Assembly: GCA_011390885.1 (NCBI GenBank)
Contig: JAABRO010000012.1
Location: forward strand, 12,979 to 76,978
Length of the DNA: 64,000 nt
Direction: 5' to 3'
Source of the DNA: Gemmatimonas sp.
Lineage (GTDB): Bacteria; Gemmatimonadota; Gemmatimonadetes; Gemmatimonadales; Gemmatimonadaceae
Shown: positions 46,669 through 57,582 of the stretch, in pieces
Layout of the letters: the number at the start of each line of letters is the position of its first letter
How positions within the stretch are numbered: the stretch's first letter is position 1
Position numbers and translations under genes: made by a program
The notes under the pieces: generated by a model
What the model was told of the DNA's origin: nothing
The model's input: only the letters and a program-made list of their open reading frames with translations
Databases searched by the model: none

Positions 46669-49600
46669 CTACGGCTTGCGACGATCGTCCGCGAGCGAGC
46701 GGTAGTACTCCTCGACGAGCGCGCGATACTCGGGCGGCACCGGCGCGCGCGCGCCAAGCGCGGGGCGCTGGCCGTCCCCGCCGAGTCCGTACGTGCGGAA
46801 GAGCGCGAACTCGAAGGTCTTGAGCCCCTCGATCACCGAGGCCTGCAGTTCGGCGAGCCCCTTGGGGTCGCCCATCGCACGACCGCTCTCCAGTTCACGC
46901 AGATCGCGAATCGCGCGATCGAGGTCGCGCACATCCACACCCTGCTCGGCCAGCTCGCGGCGCAGCGCCTCGGCGTTCTGACGACGCAGGCGGAACTCCC
47001 CACGCGCCTGCGCCGCGTCGCCGCTCGGCCCCCGATCGTCCACCCGCCCCGTCGGCGAGCCACCCATCTGCCCGCGCTGCCCATCGGACGCGCGCTGCGG
47101 ATCTCCGCGGCCTTCACCGCGACCGGCCTGCCCCTGCTGGCCTTGCTGTCCCTGCTGGCCTTGCTGCCCCTGCTGGCCTTGCTGTCCCTGCTGGCCCTGC
47201 TGGCCCTGCTGGCCCTGCTGGCCTTGCTGGCCCTGTTGGCCTTGCTGACCCTCTTGGCCCTGCTGCCCGCCCTGTTCCTCGGCGAGCCGGTCGCGCAGCG
47301 ACTCGAGCCCGCGTACGAGATCACGCGCCCGCTCCAGCGCGCGCTCCTGCTGCCGCGACGCCGGCTCCGCGGAGAGCGCGCGTTCGGCCGAGCCGAGCTG
47401 CTCCGAGGCCGCGCCCAGCGCCTCGGAAATCTGCTCCTCGAAGGCGTTGGCGTATTCGCTCGAACCGCTGCGGATCACGCCGCGCGAGTACTGAATGCGA
47501 TCGCGCACGCGCTGCTCGCGCATCGTCTCTGCCGCCTCGCCGAGCGCGCGCGCGGCGCCCGGCTGGTCGCGACGCGCTTCGCGCGCGAGCCGATCGGTCT
47601 CCGCCTCCAGCCGCTCCACGTCGCTGGCCAGGGTCTCCTTGCGTTCATCGAGGCGGCGGATCTGCTCCGCGCGCTCGGGCGAGGCGGCGCTCGGCAGCGA
47701 GCGCACCGACTCCTCCATCTGCTTCTGGCGTTCCTGCAGTTCGCGCGCCTGCTCGGCGAGGCGCTTCACCCCGTCGTTGATGCTCGACGACTTGGCCTGC
47801 TCGAGCTCGCGCGTGGCGCGCGAGAGCTCCTCGAGCGCCGCGTTGCCCTGTGCGGACGAGCCGGCGGCGGCGCGGCGCATCGCGTCGGCCGCCTGCTGCA
47901 TGCGCCGCGCCGCGTCGGCGAGCTCGGGCGAATTCTGCTCGCGCGACAGCCGCTCCAGGCGCCGCGCCTCCTCCTCTGCCTGCCGTGCCATCTCGCGCTG
48001 GGCGTTGCCGCCGCCACCGCTGCTCGCCTGCTGTCCTAGCCGCTCGCTCAACTCCTGCTGCATGCGCTGCAGGCGCTCGTTCACCTGCTGCTGCCGGCTG
48101 GCGAGCTGCTTGAGACGCTCGAGCGTTTCGTCCACTTCCTGTTGCGCGGACTGCTGGGCCGACTGCTGCACGGCCTCATACTGGTTGCGCAGCTTGTCGG
48201 TCTGCAGCTCGAAGAGGTCCGCCAGATCCTCGGCGTTCGGACTGCCGCCTCCACCGCCACCGCCGCCTTGCTGCTGACCGCCCATCTGCACCTGCACGTC
48301 GCGATAGAGCGCCTGCGCGCGCTGGGCGTGCTGCAGCGCCTTCTGCTCCGCCGGCAGCGCCTCGCTGCCCTTGCCGCGGCCGAGCAGCTCCTCGGCCTCC
48401 TTCATGGCCTTGGAGGCTTCCTGCAGCTCTGTCTGAATCAAGCGGAAGCTGGTGTCGGCGGTGCTCACCCCGCGCATCTGCATCTGCTGGGCGAGGGTGT
48501 TCACGTCGGCGCGCAGGCGCCCCTGCGCGATGGTGAGCGTGGTGAGGTCGGCGCTCCGCTGCCGCGCGCTGCGGCTGGCGCTGTCACGCTGCCAGTTGAA
48601 GGTGCCAGCCACGATCTCGCGCTGCCGCGCGACGAAGCCGTCGGGTGAATCGCCGCCCCCGCCTCCGCCACCACCACCGCCGCCGCCCTGCTCGGCCTGG
48701 CGGTAGTTGCGCGAGAACGGCCGCACCTCGAGGAAGTAGACGTCGCTCGTGCCCTCGTTGCCCGCGCCGTCCTTCGCCACGACGTGATACGCGATGAGAT
48801 CGCCGGCCTCGAGTTCGTACTCCTCGAGGAAGAGCGTGTGCGCGGCGCGCAGGTCGCGCGCGTCGCGGCGCGCGGTCCGTGCCAGCGACTGGCGCCGCTC
48901 CTCGCCTCCGTTCACGCGATAGCGCAGCTCGAGCGAAGTGACGCCATAATCATCTTCGGCCGCGCCGGCGATGGTGACTTCCTCGAGCGACGTGACCTTG
49001 GTGTCGCGCCCCGGCTCCTCGATGCGCACCGAGGGGGCGCGGTCCGGGATCGCGTCCACGGCGTACTGCACGTTGCCCGGGACCTGCCGTCCGTCGGCGG
49101 CCACCAGGTCGATGCGATAGAACCCGGTGCGGGCCACGGTGAAGGCGCCGCCGAGCGCACCGGCGCTGTCGGCGGTGAACGCCACCTGGTCGCCGCTGTC
49201 GAAGCGCAGCGCGCCGCTCTTCACCTCGCGGGTGATCGAGGGAATCACGCGCACGCGCGTGCCGACGACGGCCACGACGTCACCGCTGCTCTCGATGATC
49301 TCGGGCGCGAGGCCCGTATAGGCCGGATAGCGCAGTTCGAGCGTGATCGCGCGCACGGCGGGCAGGTCGCTCACCTCGAGCACGTACACGGGCGATCGCA
49401 CCCCGTCCGATTCCACGTAGTACTCGGTGCGCGCCAGCACGTCGAACATGCGCGAGGTGAAGCTGCCGGTGCCGATGACCTCGGCCGCGAGACTGTCGGA
49501 GAGGCTGTCGGCCAGCCCTTCGCGTTGCATGGGGATGCGGATCCACTCGCTGGTGGAGTCGGCGCGGAAGACGAGGTCGGCCGCGTCGGCGCCGAAGTTG

Positions 49601-50250
49601 ACGAGCTCCGCCTGCACGTCGAGCGCGCCGCCACGCGGCACGGTGGTGTTGCCAGGCTCCACGCGTACGGCACGCTCCACCGACGCGGCCTCGGCGGTGG
49701 TCCACGGCACGAACAGCAGGCGCGCCATGTCGCGCACGCTGCCGGGGCCGAAGGCGAGCAGCAGCGCGGCCGCGAGGCCCGCCCCGCCGGCGGTGCGCAG
49801 GGCGCGCCGCGTGGGGACCTGCTCGAGACGACGCTCGCGCTGGATCGGGGTGAGCGTCTTGAGCACCTGGGCGGCCAGTCGGGCCGTGAGCGCCGACGAC
49901 GCCCGCTCCTCGGGGGGGCGCGTCACCTCCGACAGCGCGGACACGAGCGACTGCCGCAGCTCCGGCGCGTGCTCCTCCACGTAGAGCGCGAAGCGCGCAT
50001 CGTCGGTGCGGCGGAGCAGCGGCCACACCGCGAACCGCGCGAGCATCCCGAGCACGACAGTCCAGCCGATGACCCGCACGAGCGTCACGGTGTCCGGCCC
50101 CGGGCCGAGCACGCGGAACAGGGCCCACCCGATCACGACGGCGAGCACGAGGCCCAGCACGAGCGCGGCGAGTCCCTCGATGAGCTGCCGCTGCCGCCAC
50201 TGCCGGCGCAGCTGATGCAGCGCGGCGAGAAGTTGCACGTCCGGGGTCAT
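46669..50250 (-). CDS. Large (1193 aa) membrane-anchored, low-complexity/coiled-coil protein, DUF4175-like. Terminal gene of the MoxR/VWA operon.
   Basis: ATG at 50250 (ATGA overlap with the upstream stop). N-terminal TM helices (LAALVLGLVLAVVIGWALF, VIGWTVVLGMLARFAVW). Beta-rich middle region. Poly-Gly tracts, a Q/E/R/A-rich coiled coil, a (GQQ)n tract, and the C-terminal motif PPEYRALVEEYYRSL. Confidence 0.75.
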   Translation of the reverse strand: MTPDVQLLAALHQLRRQWRQRQLIEGLAALVLGLVLAVVIGWALFRVLGPGPDTVTLVRVIGWTVVLGMLARFAVWPLLRRTDDARFALYVEEHAPELRQSLVSALSEVTRPPEERASSALTARLAAQVLKTLTPIQRERRLEQVPTRRALRTAGGAGLAAALLLAFGPGSVRDMARLLFVPWTTAEAASVERAVRVEPGNTTVPRGGALDVQAELVNFGADAADLVFRADSTSEWIRIPMQREGLADSLSDSLAAEVIGTGSFTSRMFDVLARTEYYVESDGVRSPVYVLEVSDLPAVRAITLELRYPAYTGLAPEIIESSGDVVAVVGTRVRVIPSITREVKSGALRFDSGDQVAFTADSAGALGGAFTVARTGFYRIDLVAADGRQVPGNVQYAVDAIPDRAPSVRIEEPGRDTKVTSLEEVTIAGAAEDDYGVTSLELRYRVNGGEERRQSLARTARRDARDLRAAHTLFLEEYELEAGDLIAYHVVAKDGAGNEGTSDVYFLEVRPFSRNYRQAEQGGGGGGGGGGGGDSPDGFVARQREIVAGTFNWQRDSASRSARQRSADLTTLTIAQGRLRADVNTLAQQMQMRGVSTADTSFRLIQTELQEASKAMKEAEELLGRGKGSEALPAEQKALQHAQRAQALYRDVQVQMGGQQQGGGGGGGGSPNAEDLADLFELQTDKLRNQYEAVQQSAQQSAQQEVDETLERLKQLASRQQQVNERLQRMQQELSERLGQQASSGGGGNAQREMARQAEEEARRLERLSREQNSPELADAARRMQQAADAMRRAAAGSSAQGNAALEELSRATRELEQAKSSSINDGVKRLAEQARELQERQKQMEESVRSLPSAASPERAEQIRRLDERKETLASDVERLEAETDRLAREARRDQPGAARALGEAAETMREQRVRDRIQYSRGVIRSGSSEYANAFEEQISEALGAASEQLGSAERALSAEPASRQQERALERARDLVRGLESLRDRLAEEQGGQQGQEGQQGQQGQQGQQGQQGQQGQQGQQGQQGQQGQQGQQGQQGQAGRGEGRGDPQRASDGQRGQMGGSPTGRVDDRGPSGDAAQARGEFRLRRQNAEALRRELAEQGVDVRDLDRAIRDLRELESGRAMGDPKGLAELQASVIEGLKTFEFALFRTYGLGGDGQRPALGARAPVPPEYRALVEEYYRSLADDRRKP
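47127..47272. repeat. Imperfect 9-bp tandem repeat (CTGCTGGCC-like) encoding (GQQ)n in the large protein.
   Basis: Read directly from the sequence. Translates on the minus strand to QGQEGQQGQQGQQGQQGQQGQQGQQGQQGQQGQQGQQGQQGQAG. Confidence 0.85.
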
Positions 50251-52325
50251 GGCAGGGCCTTCTCCGTTCCGGTGGGTGATCCTGTGGCAACAGTGAGGCG
50301 CGCGGCCCGCGCGCGCCATCCCCGGTTGGCCAGCAACGTCTCGGCGAGGAGGAGCAGCACGGCCAGTCCCAGCAGCCAGCGCCACCATCCCTGCCGCTTC
50401 TCCCGTTCGACTTCAGTACCCGGTCCCGCCGCGGCGGTCCCATCCGTCTCCGCGATCGCCACGCCCACGAGCAGTTCGCGCGCGTCCACCGGGGTGAGAT
50501 CGCTCTCGGTGGCCGGCGCGTTGACCGCCACGGTGAGCGACGGGTCGCCCGAGACGACGCCCTGATACGCAGCGTAGATGCCCCGCTCGGTGAGCGGCAC
50601 GGCGGCGCCGAGCGAATCGGTGGCGGCGGGGCGCAGCAGGTCGCCCGACGGCGTGGTCACGACCACCTCGCGCAGCGCGCGCGGCAGCGCCCAGGTCTGC
50701 CCGCTTTCCTGCCAGAGCGGCGCGGCTTCGTGTCCGGAGCCGTAGAGCACGAGCCGGCGAAGCAGCGGCAGGAACGCGGGCTGCAGCGGCAGGTCGCCGG
50801 TGCGCGTGTCGAGTGGTGCGAGCAGCGTGATGACGCGGCCCGCGCCGCGTCGGCTCTCGAGCACGGCAGGCAGGCCGTCGTCGAAGCGCGCGAGCACGTC
50901 GCTGCCGGCCGTTGGCACGGCGCGCGCGTAGCGCAGGAATCGCGCGCCCGTGAGCGCGCCCGGGCTCTCGCGGAAGGCGGCGAAGAGTGGGTGGTCGGTG
51001 CGCAGTTCGCCGAACGAGCCGCCGCGATCGGCGAAGCGATCGGCGGTTCCGTCGACCGTGACCACACCCAGCGGCACGCTGGCTCCCTGCTCGGCGAGCC
51101 GTCGTCCCACCACCACGACCGCACCGCCGCCCGCCGTCACGAACGCGTCGAGCGCGCCCGTCTCGCTCGCGGAGAGCGGCGTGTCCCACACGAACACGAG
51201 GCCGGCATCGCGCACCGCGCTCGCGTCGAGCGCACCCGGGCGCGTGCGCGTGACGCGCACCGTGGGCGCGCGACCGATGACCAGCGCGCGCTCCGTGAAC
51301 AGCGTTTCGTTGCGCTGCGCGTCGTCGGAGGCGAGCAGCACCACCGGCAGGGCGTCCTCGCCGGCGAGCGCGAAGTGGAAGGTGTCGTCGGCGGCGAGGC
51401 GATCGCTGTCGAGCACGATGCGGCCGCGCACGCGACCGGCCGGCAGCGGCACCGGCTCGAACGACACGAGCCGCTCGCCATCGACCGGGAGCTGCACCGG
51501 CTGCTCGCCGCTCGCGCGGCCGTCGATCTCGAGGCGCGCGTTCACTGTGCGCGGCGCGTCGAGGTCGCGGGCCATGACACGCGCCTGCACGGCGAGGCGG
51601 GTGCGCTCGGCGTCAGCGACGCGCCGCACGTCCACGCCGGCCAGCGACACGTTGCCGCGATCGGTGGCGGCCACGCTCACGGCGCGCACCGTGACCCGCG
51701 CGGGCAGTTCCAGTCCAACGAGGCCGGCCACGCCGCTGCGCTGCAGGTCGGTGATCACCACGACCTCGGCGGGCACCGACGGTGCATCGAGCAGCACGGA
51801 GCGCGCCACGCGCAGCGCCGACACATAGCGCGTGCCGCGCGTGCCGGGCGTGGCCCCGGCGAGCAGGGCGTCGAGGGTGGTGCGGTCGGTGGTGAGCGGT
51901 TGGGCGACCTCGGCGTCCTCGTCGAAGAGCACGAGCGCGGCGCGGTCGTTCGGGCCGAGTTCGCGCACGATGCGCCGCGCGGAGTCGAGGGCGGCAGGCC
52001 ACACGTCGGCGTGTCCCATGCTGAGCGACCGGTCGAGCAGCACGACCACGGCGCGCTCCGCCTCGGCACCCTGCTGCGCGGCGTTGCCGACGGCGAACGG
52101 GCGCGCGAACGCGAGCACGAGCAGCGCGAGCGCGAGCGCGCGCAGTGCGAGCAGCGGCCAGTCGGTGATGCGCTGCCGCTTGCTCGTGCGGATTGCCAGC
52201 TGCTCGAGGAACATGAGCGACGGAAAGCGCACCGGTTGCCCCTTCTCGCGATGCCGCAGGTGCATCGCGATCGGGATGGCCAGCGCCGCGAGGCCGGCGA
52301 GGAAGGCGGGGACGAGGAAGTTCAT
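50247..52325 (-). CDS. BatA-N-terminal-domain / VWA-domain membrane protein.
   Basis: ATG at 52325 (ATGA overlap with the DUF58 stop). N-terminal double-TM motif MNFLVPAFLAGLAALAIPIAMHLRHR...FPSLMFL. VWA MIDAS VVLLDRSLSM. C-terminal TM WWRWLLGLAVLLLLAETLL. Confidence 0.8.
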   Translation of the reverse strand: MNFLVPAFLAGLAALAIPIAMHLRHREKGQPVRFPSLMFLEQLAIRTSKRQRITDWPLLALRALALALLVLAFARPFAVGNAAQQGAEAERAVVVLLDRSLSMGHADVWPAALDSARRIVRELGPNDRAALVLFDEDAEVAQPLTTDRTTLDALLAGATPGTRGTRYVSALRVARSVLLDAPSVPAEVVVITDLQRSGVAGLVGLELPARVTVRAVSVAATDRGNVSLAGVDVRRVADAERTRLAVQARVMARDLDAPRTVNARLEIDGRASGEQPVQLPVDGERLVSFEPVPLPAGRVRGRIVLDSDRLAADDTFHFALAGEDALPVVLLASDDAQRNETLFTERALVIGRAPTVRVTRTRPGALDASAVRDAGLVFVWDTPLSASETGALDAFVTAGGGAVVVVGRRLAEQGASVPLGVVTVDGTADRFADRGGSFGELRTDHPLFAAFRESPGALTGARFLRYARAVPTAGSDVLARFDDGLPAVLESRRGAGRVITLLAPLDTRTGDLPLQPAFLPLLRRLVLYGSGHEAAPLWQESGQTWALPRALREVVVTTPSGDLLRPAATDSLGAAVPLTERGIYAAYQGVVSGDPSLTVAVNAPATESDLTPVDARELLVGVAIAETDGTAAAGPGTEVEREKRQGWWRWLLGLAVLLLLAETLLANRGWRARAARLTVATGSPTGTEKALP

Positions 52326-53224
52326 CAGCGCCCCGGGTGGCGCATGGCGCGCAGGTCGAGGTAGGCGTGCAGCGCGCGATCGAGCGGCTCCGCGGTGTCG
52401 AGCGGCACGTAGTCGGCGCGCGCGGCGGCCAGTCGCGCGGTGAGCGCCGCGCGGTGCGCGGCGAAGGCGTCGCGATACTGCGCGCGCAGCTCGTCGGGAC
52501 GGAGCGGCAGGCGCAGCCCGCTCTCGGCGTCCTCGATCGTGAGCGGCGCGGCGAAGGTGAGCTCGCGCTCGCCCGGATCGATGGGATGGAACACGATCAC
52601 GTCGTGTCCGCGCGCGCGCAGCGTGTCGATCGCGCGGCCGAGCCGGTCGGCGGGCTCGTAGCAGTCGGAGACCACCACCACCACACCGGCGCGCGTGGTC
52701 ACGTGGGCCACGCGTTCGATCGTGTTCAGCAGCTGACCGCGGCCGGAGGCCGGCGTGCGGGCCAGCGTGTGCAAGATGCGCTGCAGATGCCGAGCCGACG
52801 GCGGGATGACCTCGCCCAAGTCGTCGCCCATGGTCACGAGCCCCACCCGATCGCCCTGTCCCTTCGACAGCCACGCGAGCGAGGCCACCAGGAAGCGCGC
52901 GTAGTCGAACTTCGTGACGGCGTGCGTGGTGAAGTCCATCGAGGCCGACGTGTCGAGCGCGAACCAGACGCTCACGTTCGTGTCGGCTTCGTACTGCTTC
53001 ACGTAGTAGCGGTCGGTGCGCGCGAAGAGGCGCCAGTCCACGCGGCGCAGGTCATCGCCCGGCTGGTAGGCGCGATGTTCGGCGAAGTCGAGCGACGAGC
53101 CCTTGCGCGCCGAGCGGTGCACGCCGGCCATGAAGCCGTCCACCACCGTGCGCGCCAGCAGCTCCAGGTCCGAGATGCGGGCCAGGAGTGCCGGGTCGAG
53201 GAAGGCGGTGGGGGCGAGGGCCAT
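52325..53224 (-). CDS. DUF58 family protein, the usual MoxR partner.
   Basis: GVHRSARKGSSLDFAEHRAYQPGDDLRRVDWRLFARTDRYYVKQYEADTN is the hallmark DUF58 motif. Directly downstream of MoxR. Confidence 0.9.
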   Translation of the reverse strand: MALAPTAFLDPALLARISDLELLARTVVDGFMAGVHRSARKGSSLDFAEHRAYQPGDDLRRVDWRLFARTDRYYVKQYEADTNVSVWFALDTSASMDFTTHAVTKFDYARFLVASLAWLSKGQGDRVGLVTMGDDLGEVIPPSARHLQRILHTLARTPASGRGQLLNTIERVAHVTTRAGVVVVVSDCYEPADRLGRAIDTLRARGHDVIVFHPIDPGERELTFAAPLTIEDAESGLRLPLRPDELRAQYRDAFAAHRAALTARLAAARADYVPLDTAEPLDRALHAYLDLRAMRHPGR

Positions 53225-53260
53225 GTCAGCGCTCGGCGCGGAGGGAATCGCTCACGGTGC

Positions 53261-54301
<1,041 letters not shown>

Positions 54302-54316
54302 GCGAGAGCCTCGGGG

Positions 54317-55081
54317 TCAGCGGCTGAGGGCGTACACGATGTAGTTGATGCCGAGCTTGAACGATTCGTTCGACAGCGCGATCGGGAAGAAGCCGGCGTC
54401 GGCGAACTCCCAGTACTCGGCGATGTCGTTGTTGTAGTTGGCGATCACCATCAGGCGCTTCGTGGGATCGTTGTCCTCGAACACGCCGTAGTAGAGGGAC
54501 TGCGCGCCGTTGAGCGGATGCGACTGGTCGAGCGTGGCGATGCGGTAGAACGAATCGAAGATGGGATGCGACGCGTCGAGCGGCAGCAGCCGCGCACCGG
54601 GCAGCACGCGCTGCACCTGCGACTCGAAGTTGAACCAGTGATTGCCGGTGAAGTCGTCGAAGATCAGGAAGCCGCCCTTCGCGAACCACGCGCGCAGGCC
54701 GTTCACCTCCGCCTCGCTCGGTCGCCAGAAGCCCGGTTCCGCCATGTAGGCCACCGGGAACCGGAAGAACTCCGGGTTGTCGGTGCTGATGATCGTGCTC
54801 GCGTCGGTGCGCACGCGCACCGTGGAGAGCTCGTCGAGGATCTTGAGGAAGTTGCGCTCGGCGCGCGGGTAGTCGTGGCTCCAGGGCGCACCGCCGCCGC
54901 GGAACCCGAAGCTCTCGGGCTCACTGTAGCTGATGCGTGCAAACACGAAGCGGCCGTCGTACTCGGCGTTCGGGAACTGCTCCATGCCGCGCCGCTCGCG
55001 GCCGCGTCCCTGGGCGAACGCGAGGGACGCGGCGCCGAGCAGCAGGGCGGCCGTGACCAGCCAGGTGCGACGGCGCCTCAT
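54317..55081 (-). CDS. DUF4159 domain protein, secreted.
   Basis: Signal MRRRRTWLVTAALLLGAASLAFAQ. Motifs WSHDYPRAERNFL, FRFPVAYMAEPG, GGFLIFDDF, NNDIAEYWE match my recollection of DUF4159. ATGA overlap with the upstream stop. Confidence 0.8.
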   Translation of the reverse strand: MRRRRTWLVTAALLLGAASLAFAQGRGRERRGMEQFPNAEYDGRFVFARISYSEPESFGFRGGGAPWSHDYPRAERNFLKILDELSTVRVRTDASTIISTDNPEFFRFPVAYMAEPGFWRPSEAEVNGLRAWFAKGGFLIFDDFTGNHWFNFESQVQRVLPGARLLPLDASHPIFDSFYRIATLDQSHPLNGAQSLYYGVFEDNDPTKRLMVIANYNNDIAEYWEFADAGFFPIALSNESFKLGINYIVYALSR

Positions 55082-57582
55082 CGCGGGCCTCCCGGCGGCC
55101 GGCGCAGCTCGAGCAGCAGCGCCTGCGCCTTCTCGAAGCCGGGGGCCGACTCGAGGATGCCCAGCACCTCGCGGCGCGCCGCGCCGGCGTCGCCGGCCGC
55201 GGCGAGGGCGCGCGCGAGCTGGTACCGCGCTTCGAGCGGATCGGCAGGACCCGTGGCGAGCACCGCGCGGCGCTCACGCACCGCGATGGCATGCTGGCCG
55301 AGTCGCGTGGCGGCCTCGGCGAGGCGCACATGGACCGCTGCGTCGTACGGCGAGGACCAGATCACGCGCTCGAGGGCGGCCATGAGTCCCGCGTCGTCGC
55401 CGCGCGCCTCGAGCAGGTCGGCTTCCAGCAGGTTGGGCGCGAGCGCCGTCTCATGCACGCGCGTGATGCGCGCCAGCTGCGCGAGCGCGGCCGCAGTGTC
55501 GGCGCGCTCGAGGGCGAGGCGCGCGAGCTGCCACGACGCGCCATTGACCGGCTCGATCCCCGGCAGCAGCGCCTGTGCCTTCTCGAACGCGGCGCGGGCG
55601 GCATCGGCGCGCTTCGCTTCGAGGTGGCCGGCGCCTTCGCGCATCGCGTCCACGAACGGACCTTTCACGTCTCCGGGGCCCTCGCCGGCTTCGATCGCCG
55701 CGAGCGGCTTCGCGAAGCGCGTCTGCATGTAGCGCTGGAATCGCGTGTCGATGGAGTCGATCGGCAGCCGCGTGGCGCGCGCGAAGGCCTCCGGCGAATC
55801 GAGGCCGCTCCGATACGCAGTGAGCAGCGCGGGGAACACGGCCGCGCCGAACTCCGCCTCGAGCATCTCGCTCACGAGCGACGCCAGGTAGTAGCTGTAC
55901 TGCACCTCGGCGGGGTAGCGTGGCCGCACGAAGCCGTCGTTGAGCGAGCTCACCGGGCGCAGCTGGCCGGCCTTGTACGCCGCGAGGAAGTCGGGGGTGG
56001 CCGTGGCGCCCCAACTGCCGCGCGCCCGGCGCTCCTCGAGCACGGAGAGCCCTTCGCTCAACCAGCGCGGCACATGGTTCGCGCTCGCGCCGAGCGTGAA
56101 GGTGTGCGCGAGTTCATGCCACGCCGTAGAGCCCCAGTTGAAGGAGCCCGGTTCGCGCGCCGACGGCGCATCCATGGCGAGCACGTCGCCGAAGCTCACG
56201 CCGAGCGCACCGAGCCCGGTGAGGCCCACGGACCGCACGGAGAAGTCCGCATGGCGGCGGAAGATCTCGAAACGCACGGCGCGTTCGGGACGCCAGGCGT
56301 AGCGTGGCGCGAGCGAATCGAACGCCTCTTCGAGCAGCGGCAGCAGGTACAGCTCCATGAGCGCTGCGTCCTCCGGGGAGACGACGAGCTGGAACCGGCC
56401 GCGCGCGATCGTGGTGAAGCCGTCCATCTGGTCCAGCAGGTCGAGCGTGTTCTTGTGCCAGACGTTGTACGGATCGATGGCGAACGCGCGATCGAGTGTG
56501 GCGCGTCCTTCGGTCATCGCGCCGGTGCGGAGCTGGTTGGTGCCCAGCACACCGAGCGCGCGCACCGACGCCGAATCCAGCGTGACGGCCGTGGTGGCGA
56601 AGCGCACGCCGTCGACGTAGCGGCGATGGCGCACCGCCGACTCGGCCAGCGTGGCGTAGAAGTCCGACGGGCGCGGGTGCAGCGCCTCGGCGGCGGTGCG
56701 CGAGGCGGCGAACACCGTGGAATCGCCGGTGAACCACGCCACGGCCGCGCGCAGCGCCCAGGCCTCGACGGCGGTGCTGTCCACGGCGAGCGCGCGGTCG
56801 GCCGCGACGCGCGCCGAATCGTAGGCCTCCGCTTCGAGGTGCAGCCGCGCGAGCATCACGTGCGCCGGGGTGAGTGCCGGGTTGCCCGCGAGCGCCTTGC
56901 GCACCATGGCCATGGTCTCGCCGCGCCCGTCGAACTCCTGCACCCGCGCCATGCCGAGCGTGGCCGCCGGGTGCTCCGCCGCCACGGCGAGCACGTCCTC
57001 GTACGAGCCACGGGCGTCGGCGGCGTTGTACTTGTCGAGCAGCAGGTCGGCGGCGCGCACGCGGGCCTCGAGCAGCGTGTTGTCGGCGGCCCACGCGGCA
57101 TCGAAGGCGGCCAGCGCCTGCCGTGCGAGTCGTGCATCGCGCCGCCCGCGCAGCACGTACGCGCGCCCTGCCGCCACGTGCTCCTCGGGGAGCCAGGCGC
57201 GCCCATCGCGCTCGTACGCGGCGGTCAGGCGCTCGGCACGCGCAAGCGCCTCGGCCAGGGCACCGCGTCGCGCGTCGATCTCGGCGCGCCCCACTTCCGC
57301 GAGACGCGCGTAGGGCGCGCGCTGCGTGATGGCCGCGTCGTACGCCGAGTCGGCACTCGTCAGGCGCCCGCGCAGCACGAGCACGTCGCCCAGCGTGGCG
57401 GCGAAGGTCGGCCCGGCGGTGCGCGCGGCCGTTTCGGCGTCCTCGAGACGTCCCGACTCGGCCAGTGCGAGAATCGCGCGCCGGTCGGGCTGGTCCATGC
57501 ACCACGCACCGAGCAGCGGGGCGCAGGCCACGATGCCAAGCGCGCGCCACGACCGCTGTCGGAAACGACGCGTGCGCGTCAC
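55078..57582 (-). CDS. TPR-repeat protein with an embedded gluzincin (M1-like, HExxH...E) metallopeptidase domain.
   Basis: GTG at 57582 (GTGA overlap with the upstream stop). TPR-like helical repeats flank TAWHELAHTFTLGASANHVPRWLSEGLSVLEE (HELAH plus a downstream E in WLSEG). Confidence 0.7.
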   Translation of the reverse strand: MTRTRRFRQRSWRALGIVACAPLLGAWCMDQPDRRAILALAESGRLEDAETAARTAGPTFAATLGDVLVLRGRLTSADSAYDAAITQRAPYARLAEVGRAEIDARRGALAEALARAERLTAAYERDGRAWLPEEHVAAGRAYVLRGRRDARLARQALAAFDAAWAADNTLLEARVRAADLLLDKYNAADARGSYEDVLAVAAEHPAATLGMARVQEFDGRGETMAMVRKALAGNPALTPAHVMLARLHLEAEAYDSARVAADRALAVDSTAVEAWALRAAVAWFTGDSTVFAASRTAAEALHPRPSDFYATLAESAVRHRRYVDGVRFATTAVTLDSASVRALGVLGTNQLRTGAMTEGRATLDRAFAIDPYNVWHKNTLDLLDQMDGFTTIARGRFQLVVSPEDAALMELYLLPLLEEAFDSLAPRYAWRPERAVRFEIFRRHADFSVRSVGLTGLGALGVSFGDVLAMDAPSAREPGSFNWGSTAWHELAHTFTLGASANHVPRWLSEGLSVLEERRARGSWGATATPDFLAAYKAGQLRPVSSLNDGFVRPRYPAEVQYSYYLASLVSEMLEAEFGAAVFPALLTAYRSGLDSPEAFARATRLPIDSIDTRFQRYMQTRFAKPLAAIEAGEGPGDVKGPFVDAMREGAGHLEAKRADAARAAFEKAQALLPGIEPVNGASWQLARLALERADTAAALAQLARITRVHETALAPNLLEADLLEARGDDAGLMAALERVIWSSPYDAAVHVRLAEAATRLGQHAIAVRERRAVLATGPADPLEARYQLARALAAAGDAGAARREVLGILESAPGFEKAQALLLELRRPPGGPR

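Noticed and set aside
46528-50565. Plus-strand ORFs 46528..48039, 47495..48277 and 48784..50565, antisense to the giant protein.
   Set aside because: They are Leu/Ala/Arg-rich mirror translations of the minus-strand Q/E-rich coiled-coil gene. The minus-strand gene is anchored by an ATGA coupling to the upstream BatA-like gene.
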